A stretch of DNA of 64,000 nucleotides from an uncultured Clostridia bacterium (GCA_946615965.1 CAMOIC010000002.1:860-64859), one strand, 5' to 3'; positions 33,817 to 47,253 are shown, counted from the stretch's first letter. Numbers and translations: made by a program. Notes: generated by a model not told the origin, from the letters alone.

Positions 33817-33939
33817 AGTAAAAACACCCCACTAAGTTTATAAGCATAGTGATTATAACATAACGTTATAACTAATACAAAATATATCTTTGAAAAGTAT
33901 TTACTTTAAATGGTTATTATTGTATAATACACTATGAAT

Positions 33940-33966
33940 TTAGCAATCGAAGGTTTAGAGTGCTAA
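33940..33966 (+). promoter_or_regulatory. CIRCE operator (HrcA site) of groESL
   Basis: TTAGCAATC-N9-GAGTGCTAA compared with the consensus TTAGCACTC-N9-GAGTGCTAA (one mismatch). It follows a TATAAT at 33923-28. Confidence 0.8.
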
Positions 33967-33999
33967 ACTAAATTTAAATAGTTTTAGGAGGTATTTTGT

Positions 34000-34287
34000 A
34001 TGACAATTAAACCATTGTTTGACAAAATTGTTGTAAAAGCACTAGAGGCAGAAGAAAAGACAGCTAGCGGTCTTTATTTACCTACATCTGCTCAAGAAAA
34101 GCCACAAGTTGCAGAAGTTGTAGCTGTTGGTCCTGGTGGACTTATTGATGGTAAAGAAGTAAAAATGGAAGTTAAAGTTGGAGATCACATTCTATATAGC
34201 AAGTATAGTGGCAGCGAATTTAAGTTAGAAGACTTAGATGTTACTATCATAAAGCAATCTGATGTTCTTGCTATTATTAGTGACTAA
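34000..34287 (+). CDS. groES: Co-chaperonin GroES
   Basis: MTIKPLFDKIVVK...TASGLYLP. 95 aa. Confidence 0.95.
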   Translation: MTIKPLFDKIVVKALEAEEKTASGLYLPTSAQEKPQVAEVVAVGPGGLIDGKEVKMEVKVGDHILYSKYSGSEFKLEDLDVTIIKQSDVLAIISD

Positions 34288-34290
34288 TAG

Positions 34291-35928
<1,638 letters not shown>

Positions 35929-35953
35929 TAAATAATCTATAATATGGATTGCA

Positions 35954-35985
35954 CTCCGGTAACCTTCGGGCCCGGAGTTTTTTTT
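35954..35985 (+). terminator. Intrinsic terminator after groEL
   Basis: CTCCGGG...CCCGGAG stem followed by T8. Confidence 0.75.
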
Positions 35986-35986
35986 G

Positions 35987-36025
35987 TAAAAAAATAGACT
36001 CAGTTTGTTGTAATACTGAGTCTAT
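35987..36025 (-). terminator. Intrinsic terminator after pncB
   Basis: Minus strand AUAGACUCAG-(12 nt)-CUGAGUCUAU followed by U7. Confidence 0.7.
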
Positions 36026-36046
36026 TCCAATAAACAATACTAATAA

Positions 36047-37477
36047 TTATTTCTTACTATTCTTTGCAAGTAATTCTTGCTTTATATCATATAACTTTTG
36101 AGATAAGTCAACCTTATAAATATGTGGGTTTAATAATCTCTTATATTCGTTCCAGAATTCACCATAAGATTCCTTATGATACTTAGAAATCTCTTGAACT
36201 GTTGGTAGCTTATAAACCAACTTACCATTATCAATAATCTTTGTTGTTAATTCCTTTACATAGAAGTTAGTAATTGTCTTTCTCTTGTATGTGAAGTTTG
36301 GATCAAAGATTTCAAGTTCTTGTAAACCGTCAAACTTTTCTTCTTGTAAACAAATTAAATCTGCAAGTGCTTTATTAGAATTTTCATCATAGATTCTTAC
36401 AATCTTCTTAAATCCTGGATTTGTAATCTTACCTGGAGTATCACTCATCTTTAATCTTGGTTGTAATACACCCTTATCATCTTCAATAGCACTCATCTTG
36501 TATACACCACCAAGTGATGGGCAATCCATAGATGTGATTAGCTTAGTACCAATACCATAAGTATCAATCTTAGCTCCTTGAGATGCTAAAGACATTAATA
36601 CTGTTTCATCAATATCACCAGATGCACAAATCTTTGCATTTGGGAATCCTGCTTCGTCTAACATCTTTCTAGCTTCTTGAGATAGATATGCTAAGTCACC
36701 TGAGTCTAATCTAATACCAATTGGTTCATGACCTGCTGCTCTTAATTCTTTGAACACCTTAATTGCGTTAGGAACACCTGAACGTAATGTATCATATGTA
36801 TCGCAAAGAAGTAGACATGTATCTGGATACATATCAGCATAAGCTTTAAATGCATCATATTCTGATGGGAAGCTCATAACCCAAGCATGAGCATGAGTTC
36901 CACTAATTGGAATATTGAACATCTTACCAGCAAGAACGTTTGATGTAGAAGCACATCCTGCAATAACTGCAGCACGAGCACCATAGATACCAGCATCTGG
37001 ACCTTGAGCTCTTCTTAAACCGAATTCAGCAACAGGAGCACCATTAGCAGCATAGATAACTTTTGCTGTCTTTGTAGCAATTAATGTTTGGTGATTTAAA
37101 ATACAAAGAATTGCTGTTTCAATTAATTGTGCTTCAAATAATCTTGCTTTAACAGTCAAGATTGGTTCTTGTGGGAATACAACTGTACCTTCTGGCACAG
37201 AATAAATATCGCCTGTAAATTTAAAATCTTCTAATAGCTTTAGAAAATCTTCGTCAAACAATTTCTTAGAGCGTAAATACTCTATATCGTCTTTTTCGAA
37301 CTTTAAATTTGTTACATAATCAACAACTTGTTCAAGACCACAAGCTATTGCATAGTTATTACCAATTCCTCTGTAGAACACGTCAAACACAGCAGTTTTG
37401 TTCATTTGACCGTTTTTGCTGTATCCGTACATCATAGTTAATTGATAAAGATCTGTAAGTAATGTTAGATTTCTCAT
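36047..37477 (-). CDS. pncB: Nicotinate phosphoribosyltransferase
   Basis: LLTDLYQLTMMYGY N-terminus, GTHAHAW, 476 aa. Confidence 0.9.
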   Translation of the reverse strand: MRNLTLLTDLYQLTMMYGYSKNGQMNKTAVFDVFYRGIGNNYAIACGLEQVVDYVTNLKFEKDDIEYLRSKKLFDEDFLKLLEDFKFTGDIYSVPEGTVVFPQEPILTVKARLFEAQLIETAILCILNHQTLIATKTAKVIYAANGAPVAEFGLRRAQGPDAGIYGARAAVIAGCASTSNVLAGKMFNIPISGTHAHAWVMSFPSEYDAFKAYADMYPDTCLLLCDTYDTLRSGVPNAIKVFKELRAAGHEPIGIRLDSGDLAYLSQEARKMLDEAGFPNAKICASGDIDETVLMSLASQGAKIDTYGIGTKLITSMDCPSLGGVYKMSAIEDDKGVLQPRLKMSDTPGKITNPGFKKIVRIYDENSNKALADLICLQEEKFDGLQELEIFDPNFTYKRKTITNFYVKELTTKIIDNGKLVYKLPTVQEISKYHKESYGEFWNEYKRLLNPHIYKVDLSQKLYDIKQELLAKNSKK

Positions 37478-38505
37478 TATTCCTTATTGCTAGTTTTACT
37501 AGCATCCTCGATTTTGTCATTCGCAACAGAATTTTCTGTCACTTCGCTATTTTGCGCGTTGGTTGTATCTACCGTAGTATCAGCAACTTTATCTACTATT
37601 TCTCTTCTTTTGTTTGCATCTATTTCCATCTTTGCTTTGATTTCATCCCATCTTTTATCTATAACAGTTTGGAATGACTTTGACTCAAAGTAGATTTTAT
37701 TCGTATATAAAAGAACCAATAATACTATACATATTGCAGCCATAACATAGCAAATAATTTGTATAGTTCCAATACCTGTATTACCTAATGTAACGTGGTC
37801 AATCTTTAAGAATTCTAGAGAACCTCTAACTAGACCATACCAAATTAGATAACCAAGAGTAATTGTTCCTGGCTTAATTTTATTCTTGTATTTATGGTAA
37901 ACATACATTAATACAGCAAGACCTATAAAGTTTAAAACTCCTTCATAGAAGAATAATGCACAATACCATCCTGGTTCATATCCAGAATAATGAGAAGCTG
38001 GATTCTCAATATATACAGCAAATGGGAAATGTTGGAATGATTCATTTGTTATTTGTAAACCAAACAACTCTTGGTTCATATAATTACCCCATCTACCAAT
38101 AATTTGTCCAACCATAACTGGCATAACGGCTGTGTCTGTTAATTTAACAAAGTGATACTTTCTAGAAACAAGTGTTATAAGCGTAATAGCAAGAACACCA
38201 CCGAAGATACCACCAACGATAGTCATTCCGCCTTCACGTATATTTATAGCTTCTTTAAATGTTGTATATGTTGTTCCTATTCTTGGTACAACATAGAAAA
38301 TTCTACAGAATGCTACAGCAAATATTACAGTAACTAAGAACATTGATAAAGAAAAATCTTCATCAATATTTTGTTGCTTACACATATATAGAAATGTGAA
38401 TAGTCCAAGTACAATACCTGATGTGACTATAATTCCATACCATGCTATATCTAATCCACCTATAGAGAAAGCAATCTTGTTTATAGATAAAGCTAAATCA
38501 AACAT
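37477..38505 (-). CDS. lgt: Prolipoprotein diacylglyceryl transferase with a roughly 70-aa hydrophilic C-terminal extension
   Basis: IAWYGIIVTSG, GRWGNYMNQELFG. 342 aa compared with about 270-280 typical. Confidence 0.85.
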   Translation of the reverse strand: MFDLALSINKIAFSIGGLDIAWYGIIVTSGIVLGLFTFLYMCKQQNIDEDFSLSMFLVTVIFAVAFCRIFYVVPRIGTTYTTFKEAINIREGGMTIVGGIFGGVLAITLITLVSRKYHFVKLTDTAVMPVMVGQIIGRWGNYMNQELFGLQITNESFQHFPFAVYIENPASHYSGYEPGWYCALFFYEGVLNFIGLAVLMYVYHKYKNKIKPGTITLGYLIWYGLVRGSLEFLKIDHVTLGNTGIGTIQIICYVMAAICIVLLVLLYTNKIYFESKSFQTVIDKRWDEIKAKMEIDANKRREIVDKVADTTVDTTNAQNSEVTENSVANDKIEDASKTSNKE

Positions 38506-39749
38506 TATAAATCTACCTTACATGTACCAACATTTCTAACTGAAATATTATATACATTCTCCTTGCCAAACACTTTATACATTTGCTCGTCGAAATCTTT
38601 TAAAGCATCCTTCTTAATAAATGAAAGTGTGCAGCCTGCAAAACCTCCACCCATTAAACGAGAAGCGAGAACACCATCAACTCTCTTAGCTAAAGTAACG
38701 CCAAGAACGATTGGTTGTGATGTAGATCCATTAGCATATGCATTTTGTAATAATAATTGAGAAGATTGTCCAGATTCATTAACCATTGCAAAATACTTCT
38801 TTGCATTGTTTTTCTTTAAAGCCTTAGCAGCAACATCTACTCTCTTATTTTCGTTGTAGTAATGAATTGCTCTTTCAATTGCTCTATCTGATACCTTTTC
38901 TCTTAATTCCTTAATAGAATCATAGAACTTTTCTTCTTTTACTTTTCTTAATTTCTTAGCACCTAAGCACTTAGCAACCGCTTCCATTTCTTCACGAATA
39001 GCAGCATATTGATCTGTTAGATTTGCATGGTCGCCACCAGTATTTGTAATTGCGATAGCAACATCATCAAGGCCCCATTTAATTTGCTCTACTTTTGGAT
39101 TTGTTGTTGATTTAAAATCAATATATGAAACTCCACCAATAGCAATAGCAGATTGGTCTAAAAGACCACAAGGCTTACCATAATATTCACTTTCTGCAAG
39201 GTGCGCAGCTTTTGCCTTTGTAATTGCATCTAATTTTCCATCATTGAATAATTGATTTAAAATTTCAGCTACAAGTACTTCAAAAGCAGCTGATGAAGAA
39301 ACACCTGCACCCTTAAATACATCAGATGTAGTTGTAGCAGCAAAACCACCAATCTTGTAACCGTTTTGTTTAAAGTAAGCTACTGTTCCTCTAACCATTC
39401 CTTCTGATTTACCAAAATCTTCTTTATGAATCTCTAAATCATTTAAATCAATTTCAACCGGTGGATATCCAATTGAATCAATAATAATCTTTCCATCATA
39501 TGGAGTAACACAAGCAAGTGTATCTACAGAAATAGATGCACATAATACTTTACCATTATTGTGGTCTGTGTGATTTCCTAATAATTCAATACGACCTGGA
39601 GAAGAAAAGAACTTTCCACCATTGCCATATTTCTTTGTATGTAAATCATAAAGATTCTCATAACGCTTAGCTTGATATTGAATATCTTGAGTGTTATATA
39701 GTAGTTTACAAGCTTCAATAAACTTTTGATTGTTTTGTAATGAAAGCAT
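38505..39749 (-). CDS. galK: Galactokinase
   Basis: SPGRIELLGNHTDHNNG and GHMP motif GAGVSSSAA. Confidence 0.9.
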   Translation of the reverse strand: MLSLQNNQKFIEACKLLYNTQDIQYQAKRYENLYDLHTKKYGNGGKFFSSPGRIELLGNHTDHNNGKVLCASISVDTLACVTPYDGKIIIDSIGYPPVEIDLNDLEIHKEDFGKSEGMVRGTVAYFKQNGYKIGGFAATTTSDVFKGAGVSSSAAFEVLVAEILNQLFNDGKLDAITKAKAAHLAESEYYGKPCGLLDQSAIAIGGVSYIDFKSTTNPKVEQIKWGLDDVAIAITNTGGDHANLTDQYAAIREEMEAVAKCLGAKKLRKVKEEKFYDSIKELREKVSDRAIERAIHYYNENKRVDVAAKALKKNNAKKYFAMVNESGQSSQLLLQNAYANGSTSQPIVLGVTLAKRVDGVLASRLMGGGFAGCTLSFIKKDALKDFDEQMYKVFGKENVYNISVRNVGTCKVDL

Positions 39750-39944
39750 ACTACACCTCTTTATTTAAATTTTGCTCATTTATTGTATCACACTACATTT
39801 ACTATGTAAATATTTATATATTTTACGCATACACGAAAAAGTCCTTAAATTCTAAGATATTAAACACCTATAGGCACAATTCTCAATTGCTAGTTTTGAA
39901 TAAAAATAATATAATTATGTTATTAAAATAGCGTTGAGGTTTAT

Positions 39945-41483
39945 ATGATATCTACAGAAGAATTAAAAGTTAAATTAAGTGAGCTTGTTTTATTTGCTCA
40001 AAAGAATCTATCTTTAAAAGATGCTGATTTTTATTTCGTAACAAATTCCTTACTAGATTTATTTAAACTAGATACACCTGCACCAAAAGCAACATCATAC
40101 CCAGAAAACTTCCAAGAAGAAGTTATGGATAAGATTATTCAATATGCACTAGAAAATAACATGATTGAAGAAAACGAAAAGATTCGTTTTGAAACGAGAG
40201 TATTTGGTTTATGTTCACTAACACCATCTGCAACTATTGAAGAGTTCACAAAGATCGCTCATAAAGATGGCGTTAAAGCAGCAACAGATTGGTTCTTTAA
40301 TATTTGTAAGAATTCAAACTATATTAGAGTTCCAGATATTAACAAGAATATTAAATGGACTCATAATGGTTCAATTGGTGAAATTGGTATAACAATTAAC
40401 CTTTCTAAACCAGAAAAAGATCCAAAGCAAATTGCTCTAGAAAAATCTAAGCCAAAGACAGGATATCCTGCATGTATGTTATGTATTGAAAACGTAGGTT
40501 TTGCAGGCAATGTTTCTTGGCCAGCAAGACAAACATTAAGAACGATTCCAATTACACTAAACAAAGAAGATTGGTCAATGCAATATAGCCCATATCAATA
40601 TTTTAATGAGCACCTAATTGCATTATGTAACGAACATAGACCTATGAATGTTACAAAAGAAACTTTTGTAAGACTTGTAGATTTCACAGATATCTTCCCT
40701 TACTATTTCTTAGGTTCAAATGCTTCACTACCTATCGTTGGTGGTTCTATTCTTGCACATGATCATTACCAAGGCGGAGATAAAGTTCTTCCAATGTTTA
40801 AAGCAAAGAATAGACAAGAATATAAGGCAGCAAATTACAGTGACGTGAGAGTATATATTTTGGATTGGTACAACTCTGTTGTACATATCGAGAGCGAGAA
40901 TAAAGAAAACCTATTAAAATTTGCTGGAGAAGCTTTTGATATTTGGCAAAACTATTCAGATGAATCTGTAGGCGTTTTAGCAAAAACTACAGATATTCAT
41001 AATGCTGTAACACCAATAGCAAGAAAAGAAGGAACTACTTATGTTCTTGATTTAATTCTAAGAAACAATAGAACAGATGATAAGTTCCCAGATGGTATTT
41101 TCCATGCTGCACCACACTTACACCACATTAAGAAAGAAGGTATTGGACTTATTGAAGCAATGGGCTTATTCATCTTACCTGCAAGATTAAAGAAAGAATT
41201 CGAAGGAATTAAAGAATATCTAGAAGGCAAGAAGGAGTTAGATATAAATGATTTATCTAATCCAGATAATATGCTTGCTAAACATAAAGACATGATTGTT
41301 GAATTAACAAATGAATATGGATTCAACAATACTGATGAGAAGGCAGAATTAGCCGTTAAATCATATGTTAATAAAGCTTGCGAAGAAATTCTTGAATGCA
41401 CTGCTGTATTTAAAAATACAAGCGTTGGCCAAGCCGCTTTTGATAAATTCATGCAACAAGGCTTAGGATTAAAAAAGATTTAG
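39945..41483 (+). CDS. galT: Galactose-1-phosphate uridylyltransferase, type 2 (long Gram-positive form)
   Basis: 512 aa. GGSILAHDHYQGG active-site block. Divergent from galK. Confidence 0.85.
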   Translation: MISTEELKVKLSELVLFAQKNLSLKDADFYFVTNSLLDLFKLDTPAPKATSYPENFQEEVMDKIIQYALENNMIEENEKIRFETRVFGLCSLTPSATIEEFTKIAHKDGVKAATDWFFNICKNSNYIRVPDINKNIKWTHNGSIGEIGITINLSKPEKDPKQIALEKSKPKTGYPACMLCIENVGFAGNVSWPARQTLRTIPITLNKEDWSMQYSPYQYFNEHLIALCNEHRPMNVTKETFVRLVDFTDIFPYYFLGSNASLPIVGGSILAHDHYQGGDKVLPMFKAKNRQEYKAANYSDVRVYILDWYNSVVHIESENKENLLKFAGEAFDIWQNYSDESVGVLAKTTDIHNAVTPIARKEGTTYVLDLILRNNRTDDKFPDGIFHAAPHLHHIKKEGIGLIEAMGLFILPARLKKEFEGIKEYLEGKKELDINDLSNPDNMLAKHKDMIVELTNEYGFNNTDEKAELAVKSYVNKACEEILECTAVFKNTSVGQAAFDKFMQQGLGLKKI

Positions 41484-41507
41484 AGATTATAACAAGAGAA
41501 ATATGAG

Positions 41508-41540
41508 AAAAGCGAATCAAATCGATTCGCTTTCCGTTTT
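41508..41540 (+). terminator. Intrinsic terminator after galT (convergent with the next gene)
   Basis: AAGCGAATC-AAATC-GATTCGCTT followed by TCCGTTTTAT. Confidence 0.65.
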
Positions 41541-41554
41541 ATAATAGACACATA

Positions 41555-42679
41555 TTAGATTAATTGAAGATAGCCAAAGAAATATATAACAATAGTACAA
41601 AAACCAAAACTTAAAATATTTGCTAATAAACCAACTCCATATATTCCTTTTCTTCCAAGTTTTCTACTATTACACGTGAATTGGTAAATTACAGGTTTTA
41701 AAACAAATATTGCAACTATTGTCACTAGCAACAAAATTTCCAACAATGAGCTTGAATAGTATATTTTGACTAATGCATATAGTATCGCAGTCAAAATCGC
41801 ACAGCCAACAGCATCAGCCAAAGCTACAATTTTTAAAGAGCGTTTATCAAAACCAAAAATATACGCTACTGCTAACTCAATAATAAATAAACTTAACACA
41901 AGAGTTATATTTAATACTATATAGGTTGTTCTATTAGCATCAAAAGAAAAATCATCTTCGTAATCTTCACACTCTTCTGAATTAGGTGAACAATTGCCAA
42001 ATTCAATAGGCTCCTCTTCTATGCCATTTGAAAAATTTCTTCTATCTACCGAATAATCCATTGTATATTTTGTATCTGAATTCTCATATTTATAGTCAAA
42101 TCCATTAAATGAATAAAAAGTATCATGAGTAATATCATACAAATATGGTTCGATATGATTATGATTTTTAGAACCATTATAATATTCTGAATAGGCATCC
42201 CATTGAATTTCTGTTGTATTATGATAATATCCCATATTATAAGGACAGAAACCTACACTATCATCATCACTAGAATCAGGTAAATATTCTATAGCAAATT
42301 CAGCATAATCAAATCCCGGTACTTGTATTCTAAACATTTCATAGATTTCCAAAGTATAAAGAAAACACTTAGATGCATCATCAAGTAAGTCTTCATCGTT
42401 CCCTAACGCAAAATATGATTCTTCATCCAATCCTGAAAAATAACGAAGATACATCTTATGGTCAGCAACACTGACATTATTAGGACTATCTAAATATGGG
42501 ATAAATAAATAATCTGCTTCAGGCAAGTTTATCAACTCAAGACGAAAATCTGGAGACTTTGCAACACGTCTTGCAGAAACTTCATTAGTAAATACCAAAG
42601 AAACAAAAAACAATAATACTAAAAGTACTATCACAATGCTGATTCCGATTCTAGATAGTTTGTTCATATAAGCCCCCAT
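41555..42679 (-). CDS. Hypothetical membrane protein
   Basis: N-terminal signal-anchor TM, roughly 215-aa Tyr/Asp/Glu-rich ectodomain, and about four C-terminal TM segments. No family recognised. The start may be M5 (42667). Confidence 0.4.
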   Translation of the reverse strand: MGAYMNKLSRIGISIVIVLLVLLFFVSLVFTNEVSARRVAKSPDFRLELINLPEADYLFIPYLDSPNNVSVADHKMYLRYFSGLDEESYFALGNDEDLLDDASKCFLYTLEIYEMFRIQVPGFDYAEFAIEYLPDSSDDDSVGFCPYNMGYYHNTTEIQWDAYSEYYNGSKNHNHIEPYLYDITHDTFYSFNGFDYKYENSDTKYTMDYSVDRRNFSNGIEEEPIEFGNCSPNSEECEDYEDDFSFDANRTTYIVLNITLVLSLFIIELAVAYIFGFDKRSLKIVALADAVGCAILTAILYALVKIYYSSSLLEILLLVTIVAIFVLKPVIYQFTCNSRKLGRKGIYGVGLLANILSFGFCTIVIYFFGYLQLI

Positions 42680-42730
42680 AAGCTAACCCTATATCAAATA
42701 TAACAATATCTTCTTAAACTTAACTAAAGT

Positions 42731-42766
42731 AAAAAAATCCCAGGAGTTGTTTGAAATCTCCTGGGA
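42731..42766 (-). terminator. Intrinsic terminator after carB
   Basis: Minus strand UCCCAGGAG-(11 nt)-CUCCUGGGA followed by U7. Confidence 0.75.
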
Positions 42767-42787
42767 AATAATCGTTTGATTTATAAA

Positions 42788-45700
42788 CTAATCGTCTATA
42801 GTTGCAATACCCATTGTTGTCTCTTCAAGAACATCAAGAAGTACTCTTACTGTATCTAAACATGTAAATACAGCTATGTTATTATCTATTGCTGCACGTC
42901 TAATAATCTTAGCATCCATATTCTCACCTTCAGATTGAGTATTAACTACATAAGTAACGTAACCTTTCTTAATATGTTCAATAATCTCCTCTGAACCATC
43001 TGAAAGTTTTTGAACTTCTCTTGTCTTAATTCCATGCTCTTTCAAGAACTTAGCTGTTCCTGTTGTAGCTTCAATATTAAATCCTAAGTTGTAGAATCTT
43101 CTAATTAATGGCAATGTATCTTCCTTGTCTTTATCTGCAATTGTAGCTAAGATTGTTCCATAACTTGATACTCTTGTTCCTGATGCCTTTAATGACTTAT
43201 ATAAAGCTCTATTTAATGATGCGTCATAACCGATTGCTTCACCAGTTGATTTCATTTCTGGAGATAGAACTACATCTAGTCCTGTAAGCTTTGTAAATGA
43301 GAACGCTGGAGTCTTAACATACCATCTCTTTCTCTTTGGTTGAACACCTACATATCCTAAATCTTTTAGTTTTTCACCTAGCATTACCTTTGTAGCAATA
43401 TTTGCAATAGGTACATTTGTAGACTTGGCTAAGAATGGAACTGTTCTTGAAGATCTTGGGTTAACTTCGATAATAGAAACCTTATTATCTTTATCTACGA
43501 TAAATTGGATATTGTATAAACCAATCATCTTCAACTTACGTCCAATTTTAACTGTGTAATCAATAATAGTTTTTTGTGCTTCCTCGTTTAATGAATATGG
43601 AGGATATACAGACATACTATCTCCTGAGTGTACACCAGTTCTTTCAATGTGTTCCATAATACCTGGAATAAATACATCTTCACCATCGCAGATAGCATCA
43701 ACTTCACTCTCTTGACCTAATACATATTTATCTACAAGAATTGGGTGCTCTGAATCGAATGCTACAGCTTCAGCTACCTTTGCTCTTAAAACATCTTCAT
43801 CGTAAACGATGTGCATCATTCTACCACCAAGAACAAATGATGGACGAACTAATACTGGATAGCCAATTTCGTTTGCTGCTTTAACAGCTTCATCAACACT
43901 AAATACACCGTAACCCTTTGGCATTGGTATATCTATTTCATTCATAGCTTCTTCAAACAAATCTCTATCTTCAGCAAGATCAATTGAGTGAGCTGAAGAA
44001 CCAAAGATCTTAACACCTGCAGCATCAAGTTTATTTGCAAGGTTGATTGGAGTTTGTCCACCAAGTGCAACTATAACGCCTTCTGGTTTTTCCATATCAA
44101 TAATGTTCATAACATCTTCATATGTTAGAGGTTCGAAATAAAGCTTATCTGAAATTGTATAGTCTGTAGATACTGTTTCTGGGTTACAGTTAATAATGAT
44201 AGCTTCATAACCCATTTGCTTAATACCCCAAATAGCATGAACAGTTGTATAGTCGAATTCTACACCTTGTCCAATTCTAATTGGGCCAGAACCTAATACA
44301 ACTATCTTCTTTCTATCTGATTTAATTGATTCATTTTCTGATTCATATGTTGAGTAGAAATAAGGTACATATGCTTTAAATTCTGAAGCACAAGTATCAA
44401 TCATCTTATATACTGGATAGATATTATATTTTTTTCTAATGTTATAAATATCTATAGCACTCTTTCCATAAATCTTTCCAATATAAGAATCTGAGAAGCC
44501 CCACTCTTTTGCATAACGTAATGTTTCTTCATCAAGTTCTACACTCTTTAGTTGATTCTCTATCTCTACAATATGGTTAATCTTATCTAAGAAGAATCTA
44601 TCTATCTTTGTAATCTTATAAATCTTTTCAATAGACATATTACGTCTAAAAGCTTCTGCTACAGCATAAATTCTTTCATCTGTATTTTCTGCAATAAATC
44701 CTAGAAGTTCGTCATCTGTCATATCTTTGCATTTCTTTAATTCGATATGATCAACTTTATTTTCCAAAGATCTAATAGCTTTTAATAATGATTCCTCAAT
44801 TGTTCTACCGATACTCATAACTTCACCAGTAGCCTTCATTTGTGTAGATAATGCTCTATTTGCATCTTGGAATTTATCAAATGGGAATCTTGGGAACTTA
44901 CATACTACATAATCTAGTGTTGGTTCAAATGAAGCAATTGTAGAAGAAATTGCAATTTCATCAAGTGTTAAACCAGCAGCAATTTTTGCAGATACTCTCG
45001 CAATTGGGAAACCTGATGCTTTAGAAGCTAAAGCTGATGATCTTGAAACTCTTGGGTTAACTTCGATTACATAATATTTAAATGAATATGGATCAAGCGC
45101 ATATTGAACGTTACATCCACCTTCAATACCAAGTGCACGAATAATTCTAAGTGCTGAATTTCTTAGCATTTGATAATCTTTATTTGTTAGAGTTTGTACT
45201 GGAGCAACAACGATACTATCACCTGTATGTACACCAACTGGGTCAATGTTTTCCATTGAACATACAATAATAGCTGTATCATTCTTATCTCTCATTACTT
45301 CAAGCTCAATTTCTTTAAAGCCTTTAATAGACTTTTCTACAAGAACTTGAGTTACTGGAGATAACTTAAGAGCGTTCTTAACAAGTGGTCTTAATTCTTC
45401 TTCATTATCTGCAAAACCGCCACCTGTACCGCCTAATGTGAATGCAGGTCTAATAATGATTGGGTAACCAATATCATTTGCAGCCTTTACCGCTTCTTCA
45501 ACTGTACAAGCGATTTCTGATTGACAAATTGGTTCACCAAGTTCAAGACATAAATCTCTAAATTTTTCTCTATCCTCTGCCTTTTCAATGGCGTCAGCAT
45601 TTGTTCCTAAAAGTTCAACACCGCACTCGTCAAGAATACCTTTTCTTGCAAGCTTCATTCCAAGGTTTAATCCTGTTTGTCCACCAATTGAACATAACAA

Positions 45701-45955
45701 GCCATCTGGTCTTTCATGTCTTATAATCTTAGCAACATGCTCCAAGTCTAGTGGTTCCATATAAACCTTATCTGCAATATCTGTATCTGTCATGATTGTT
45801 GCAGGATTTGAGTTTACTAGAACTACTTCATATCCTTCTTCTTTTAATGCTATACAAGCTTGTGTACCTGCATAGTCAAACTCAGCAGCTTGGCCGATAA
45901 CAATTGGGCCTGAACCGATAACCATGATTTTCTTTAAATCTTTACGCTTAGGCAT
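42788..45955 (-). CDS. carB: Carbamoyl-phosphate synthase large subunit
   Basis: [33 protein letters not shown] and duplicated ATP-grasp halves. I prefer the start at 45955 (8-nt overlap with carA). Confidence 0.95.
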   Translation of the reverse strand: MPKRKDLKKIMVIGSGPIVIGQAAEFDYAGTQACIALKEEGYEVVLVNSNPATIMTDTDIADKVYMEPLDLEHVAKIIRHERPDGLLCSIGGQTGLNLGMKLARKGILDECGVELLGTNADAIEKAEDREKFRDLCLELGEPICQSEIACTVEEAVKAANDIGYPIIIRPAFTLGGTGGGFADNEEELRPLVKNALKLSPVTQVLVEKSIKGFKEIELEVMRDKNDTAIIVCSMENIDPVGVHTGDSIVVAPVQTLTNKDYQMLRNSALRIIRALGIEGGCNVQYALDPYSFKYYVIEVNPRVSRSSALASKASGFPIARVSAKIAAGLTLDEIAISSTIASFEPTLDYVVCKFPRFPFDKFQDANRALSTQMKATGEVMSIGRTIEESLLKAIRSLENKVDHIELKKCKDMTDDELLGFIAENTDERIYAVAEAFRRNMSIEKIYKITKIDRFFLDKINHIVEIENQLKSVELDEETLRYAKEWGFSDSYIGKIYGKSAIDIYNIRKKYNIYPVYKMIDTCASEFKAYVPYFYSTYESENESIKSDRKKIVVLGSGPIRIGQGVEFDYTTVHAIWGIKQMGYEAIIINCNPETVSTDYTISDKLYFEPLTYEDVMNIIDMEKPEGVIVALGGQTPINLANKLDAAGVKIFGSSAHSIDLAEDRDLFEEAMNEIDIPMPKGYGVFSVDEAVKAANEIGYPVLVRPSFVLGGRMMHIVYDEDVLRAKVAEAVAFDSEHPILVDKYVLGQESEVDAICDGEDVFIPGIMEHIERTGVHSGDSMSVYPPYSLNEEAQKTIIDYTVKIGRKLKMIGLYNIQFIVDKDNKVSIIEVNPRSSRTVPFLAKSTNVPIANIATKVMLGEKLKDLGYVGVQPKRKRWYVKTPAFSFTKLTGLDVVLSPEMKSTGEAIGYDASLNRALYKSLKASGTRVSSYGTILATIADKDKEDTLPLIRRFYNLGFNIEATTGTAKFLKEHGIKTREVQKLSDGSEEIIEHIKKGYVTYVVNTQSEGENMDAKIIRRAAIDNNIAVFTCLDTVRVLLDVLEETTMGIATIDD

Positions 45956-47051
45956 TTTTGTTACCTCCATAGTTTTGCATTAAATCAATAAATTGTTTAA
46001 ACAAGTATTCTGAATCTTCAGGACCTGCAGCTGACTCTGGGTGATATTGTATAGCGATAACATGATTCTTTGTATCTCTAATACCTTCTAATTCTCCATC
46101 AATTACATTAACGTGTGTTAATTCAAGTCCTGTTCCTTCTAATGAATTTTTATCTATAGCGAATGAGTGGTTTTGAGATGTAATCTCAATATGACCATTT
46201 AATAAGTTCTTAACTGGGTGATTTGCACCTCTATGTCCGAACTTCATCTTGTATGTTTTAGCACCATAAGCAAGGCCAATAATTTGGTGTCCTAAACAAA
46301 TACCGAAGATTGGTAAAACACCTTTTGCTTTTCTTACAAGTTCAATAACTGGAGCTGCATCTTCTGGATCACCAGGACCATTTGATATAAATAATCCGTC
46401 TGGACTGAATGACATAACTTGTTCAAATGTTGTTGTATATGGAACTACAACTACATTACAGCCAAATTGGTTGAATTTTCTTACGATATTCATCTTCATT
46501 CCGCAATCTACAGCAACAACTGTATATTTTGGGTTAGCAGTTCTTGAGTACCAAACTTTCTTTGTTGAAACTCTTGATACTTGGTCATGTTCAAAACCGC
46601 GAGCATTGATTTCTTTTACTGCTTCTTCTGTTGGCTTATTGATATCGCATATCATACAAAGTTGTGAACCATTATCTCTAATAATTCTTGTTAATTTTCT
46701 TGTATCAATATTAGATATACCAGCAGCATCAGCTTCATCCATTACATCACCTAATGATGATGTAGCTCTGAAGTTTGATGGTCTATCGTTATATTCTCTA
46801 ACTACAAATCCACTCATCTTAATAGACTTTGATTCATAGTCATCATCTGTAATACCATAGTTACCAATTAGAGGATAAGTTAAACATACTATTTGACCAC
46901 AATATGATGGGTCTGAAAGTATTTCTTGATATCCGACCATTGAAGTATTAAAAACGATTTCAGCAATCTTATCTTTTTTGGATCCGAAACCTACTCCCTC
47001 GAATACCTCTCCATTTGCTAAAACAAGTTTACGATCTTTTACAACCTTCAT
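45948..47051 (-). CDS. carA: Carbamoyl-phosphate synthase small (glutaminase) subunit
   Basis: [19 protein letters not shown]..., GICLGHQ (Cys), HPE. I prefer the start at 47051 behind AGGAGA. Confidence 0.93.
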   Translation of the reverse strand: MKVVKDRKLVLANGEVFEGVGFGSKKDKIAEIVFNTSMVGYQEILSDPSYCGQIVCLTYPLIGNYGITDDDYESKSIKMSGFVVREYNDRPSNFRATSSLGDVMDEADAAGISNIDTRKLTRIIRDNGSQLCMICDINKPTEEAVKEINARGFEHDQVSRVSTKKVWYSRTANPKYTVVAVDCGMKMNIVRKFNQFGCNVVVVPYTTTFEQVMSFSPDGLFISNGPGDPEDAAPVIELVRKAKGVLPIFGICLGHQIIGLAYGAKTYKMKFGHRGANHPVKNLLNGHIEITSQNHSFAIDKNSLEGTGLELTHVNVIDGELEGIRDTKNHVIAIQYHPESAAGPEDSEYLFKQFIDLMQNYGGNKNA

Positions 47052-47094
47052 TTTATTTCTCCTTGTCGCTTTAAATAAAAATAGTTTTCCAGCC

Positions 47095-47170
47095 AAAAAG
47101 ACTAGAAAACTAGTATAAACAATTTATATGAATATATTAATTTCTTATTAGCCTCTCTGGACTATCTTAA
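47095..47170 (-). promoter_or_regulatory. PyrR-type attenuator leader of carAB
   Basis: The minus strand contains AGUCCAGAGAGGCU (47163-47150), an exact match to the PyrR binding-loop consensus ARUCCAGAGAGGYU. A weak hairpin ACUAG-UUUU-CUAGU plus U5 lies downstream (47114-47095). Confidence 0.6.
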
Positions 47171-47253
47171 AGATTTAACATATAAACTATATCACTTAGT
47201 TTTTTTCTTACGCAATAAAATTGAATAAGATTTTAAAATCTGTCGTAGATTTT

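Noticed and set aside
39750-39944. GalR/LacI-type operator between galK and galT
   Set aside because: There is only a short AT-rich inverted repeat (ATTTAC-tat-GTAAAT) and no match to the TGNAANCGNTTNCA-type LacI/cre consensus. It is too weak in an AT-rich background.
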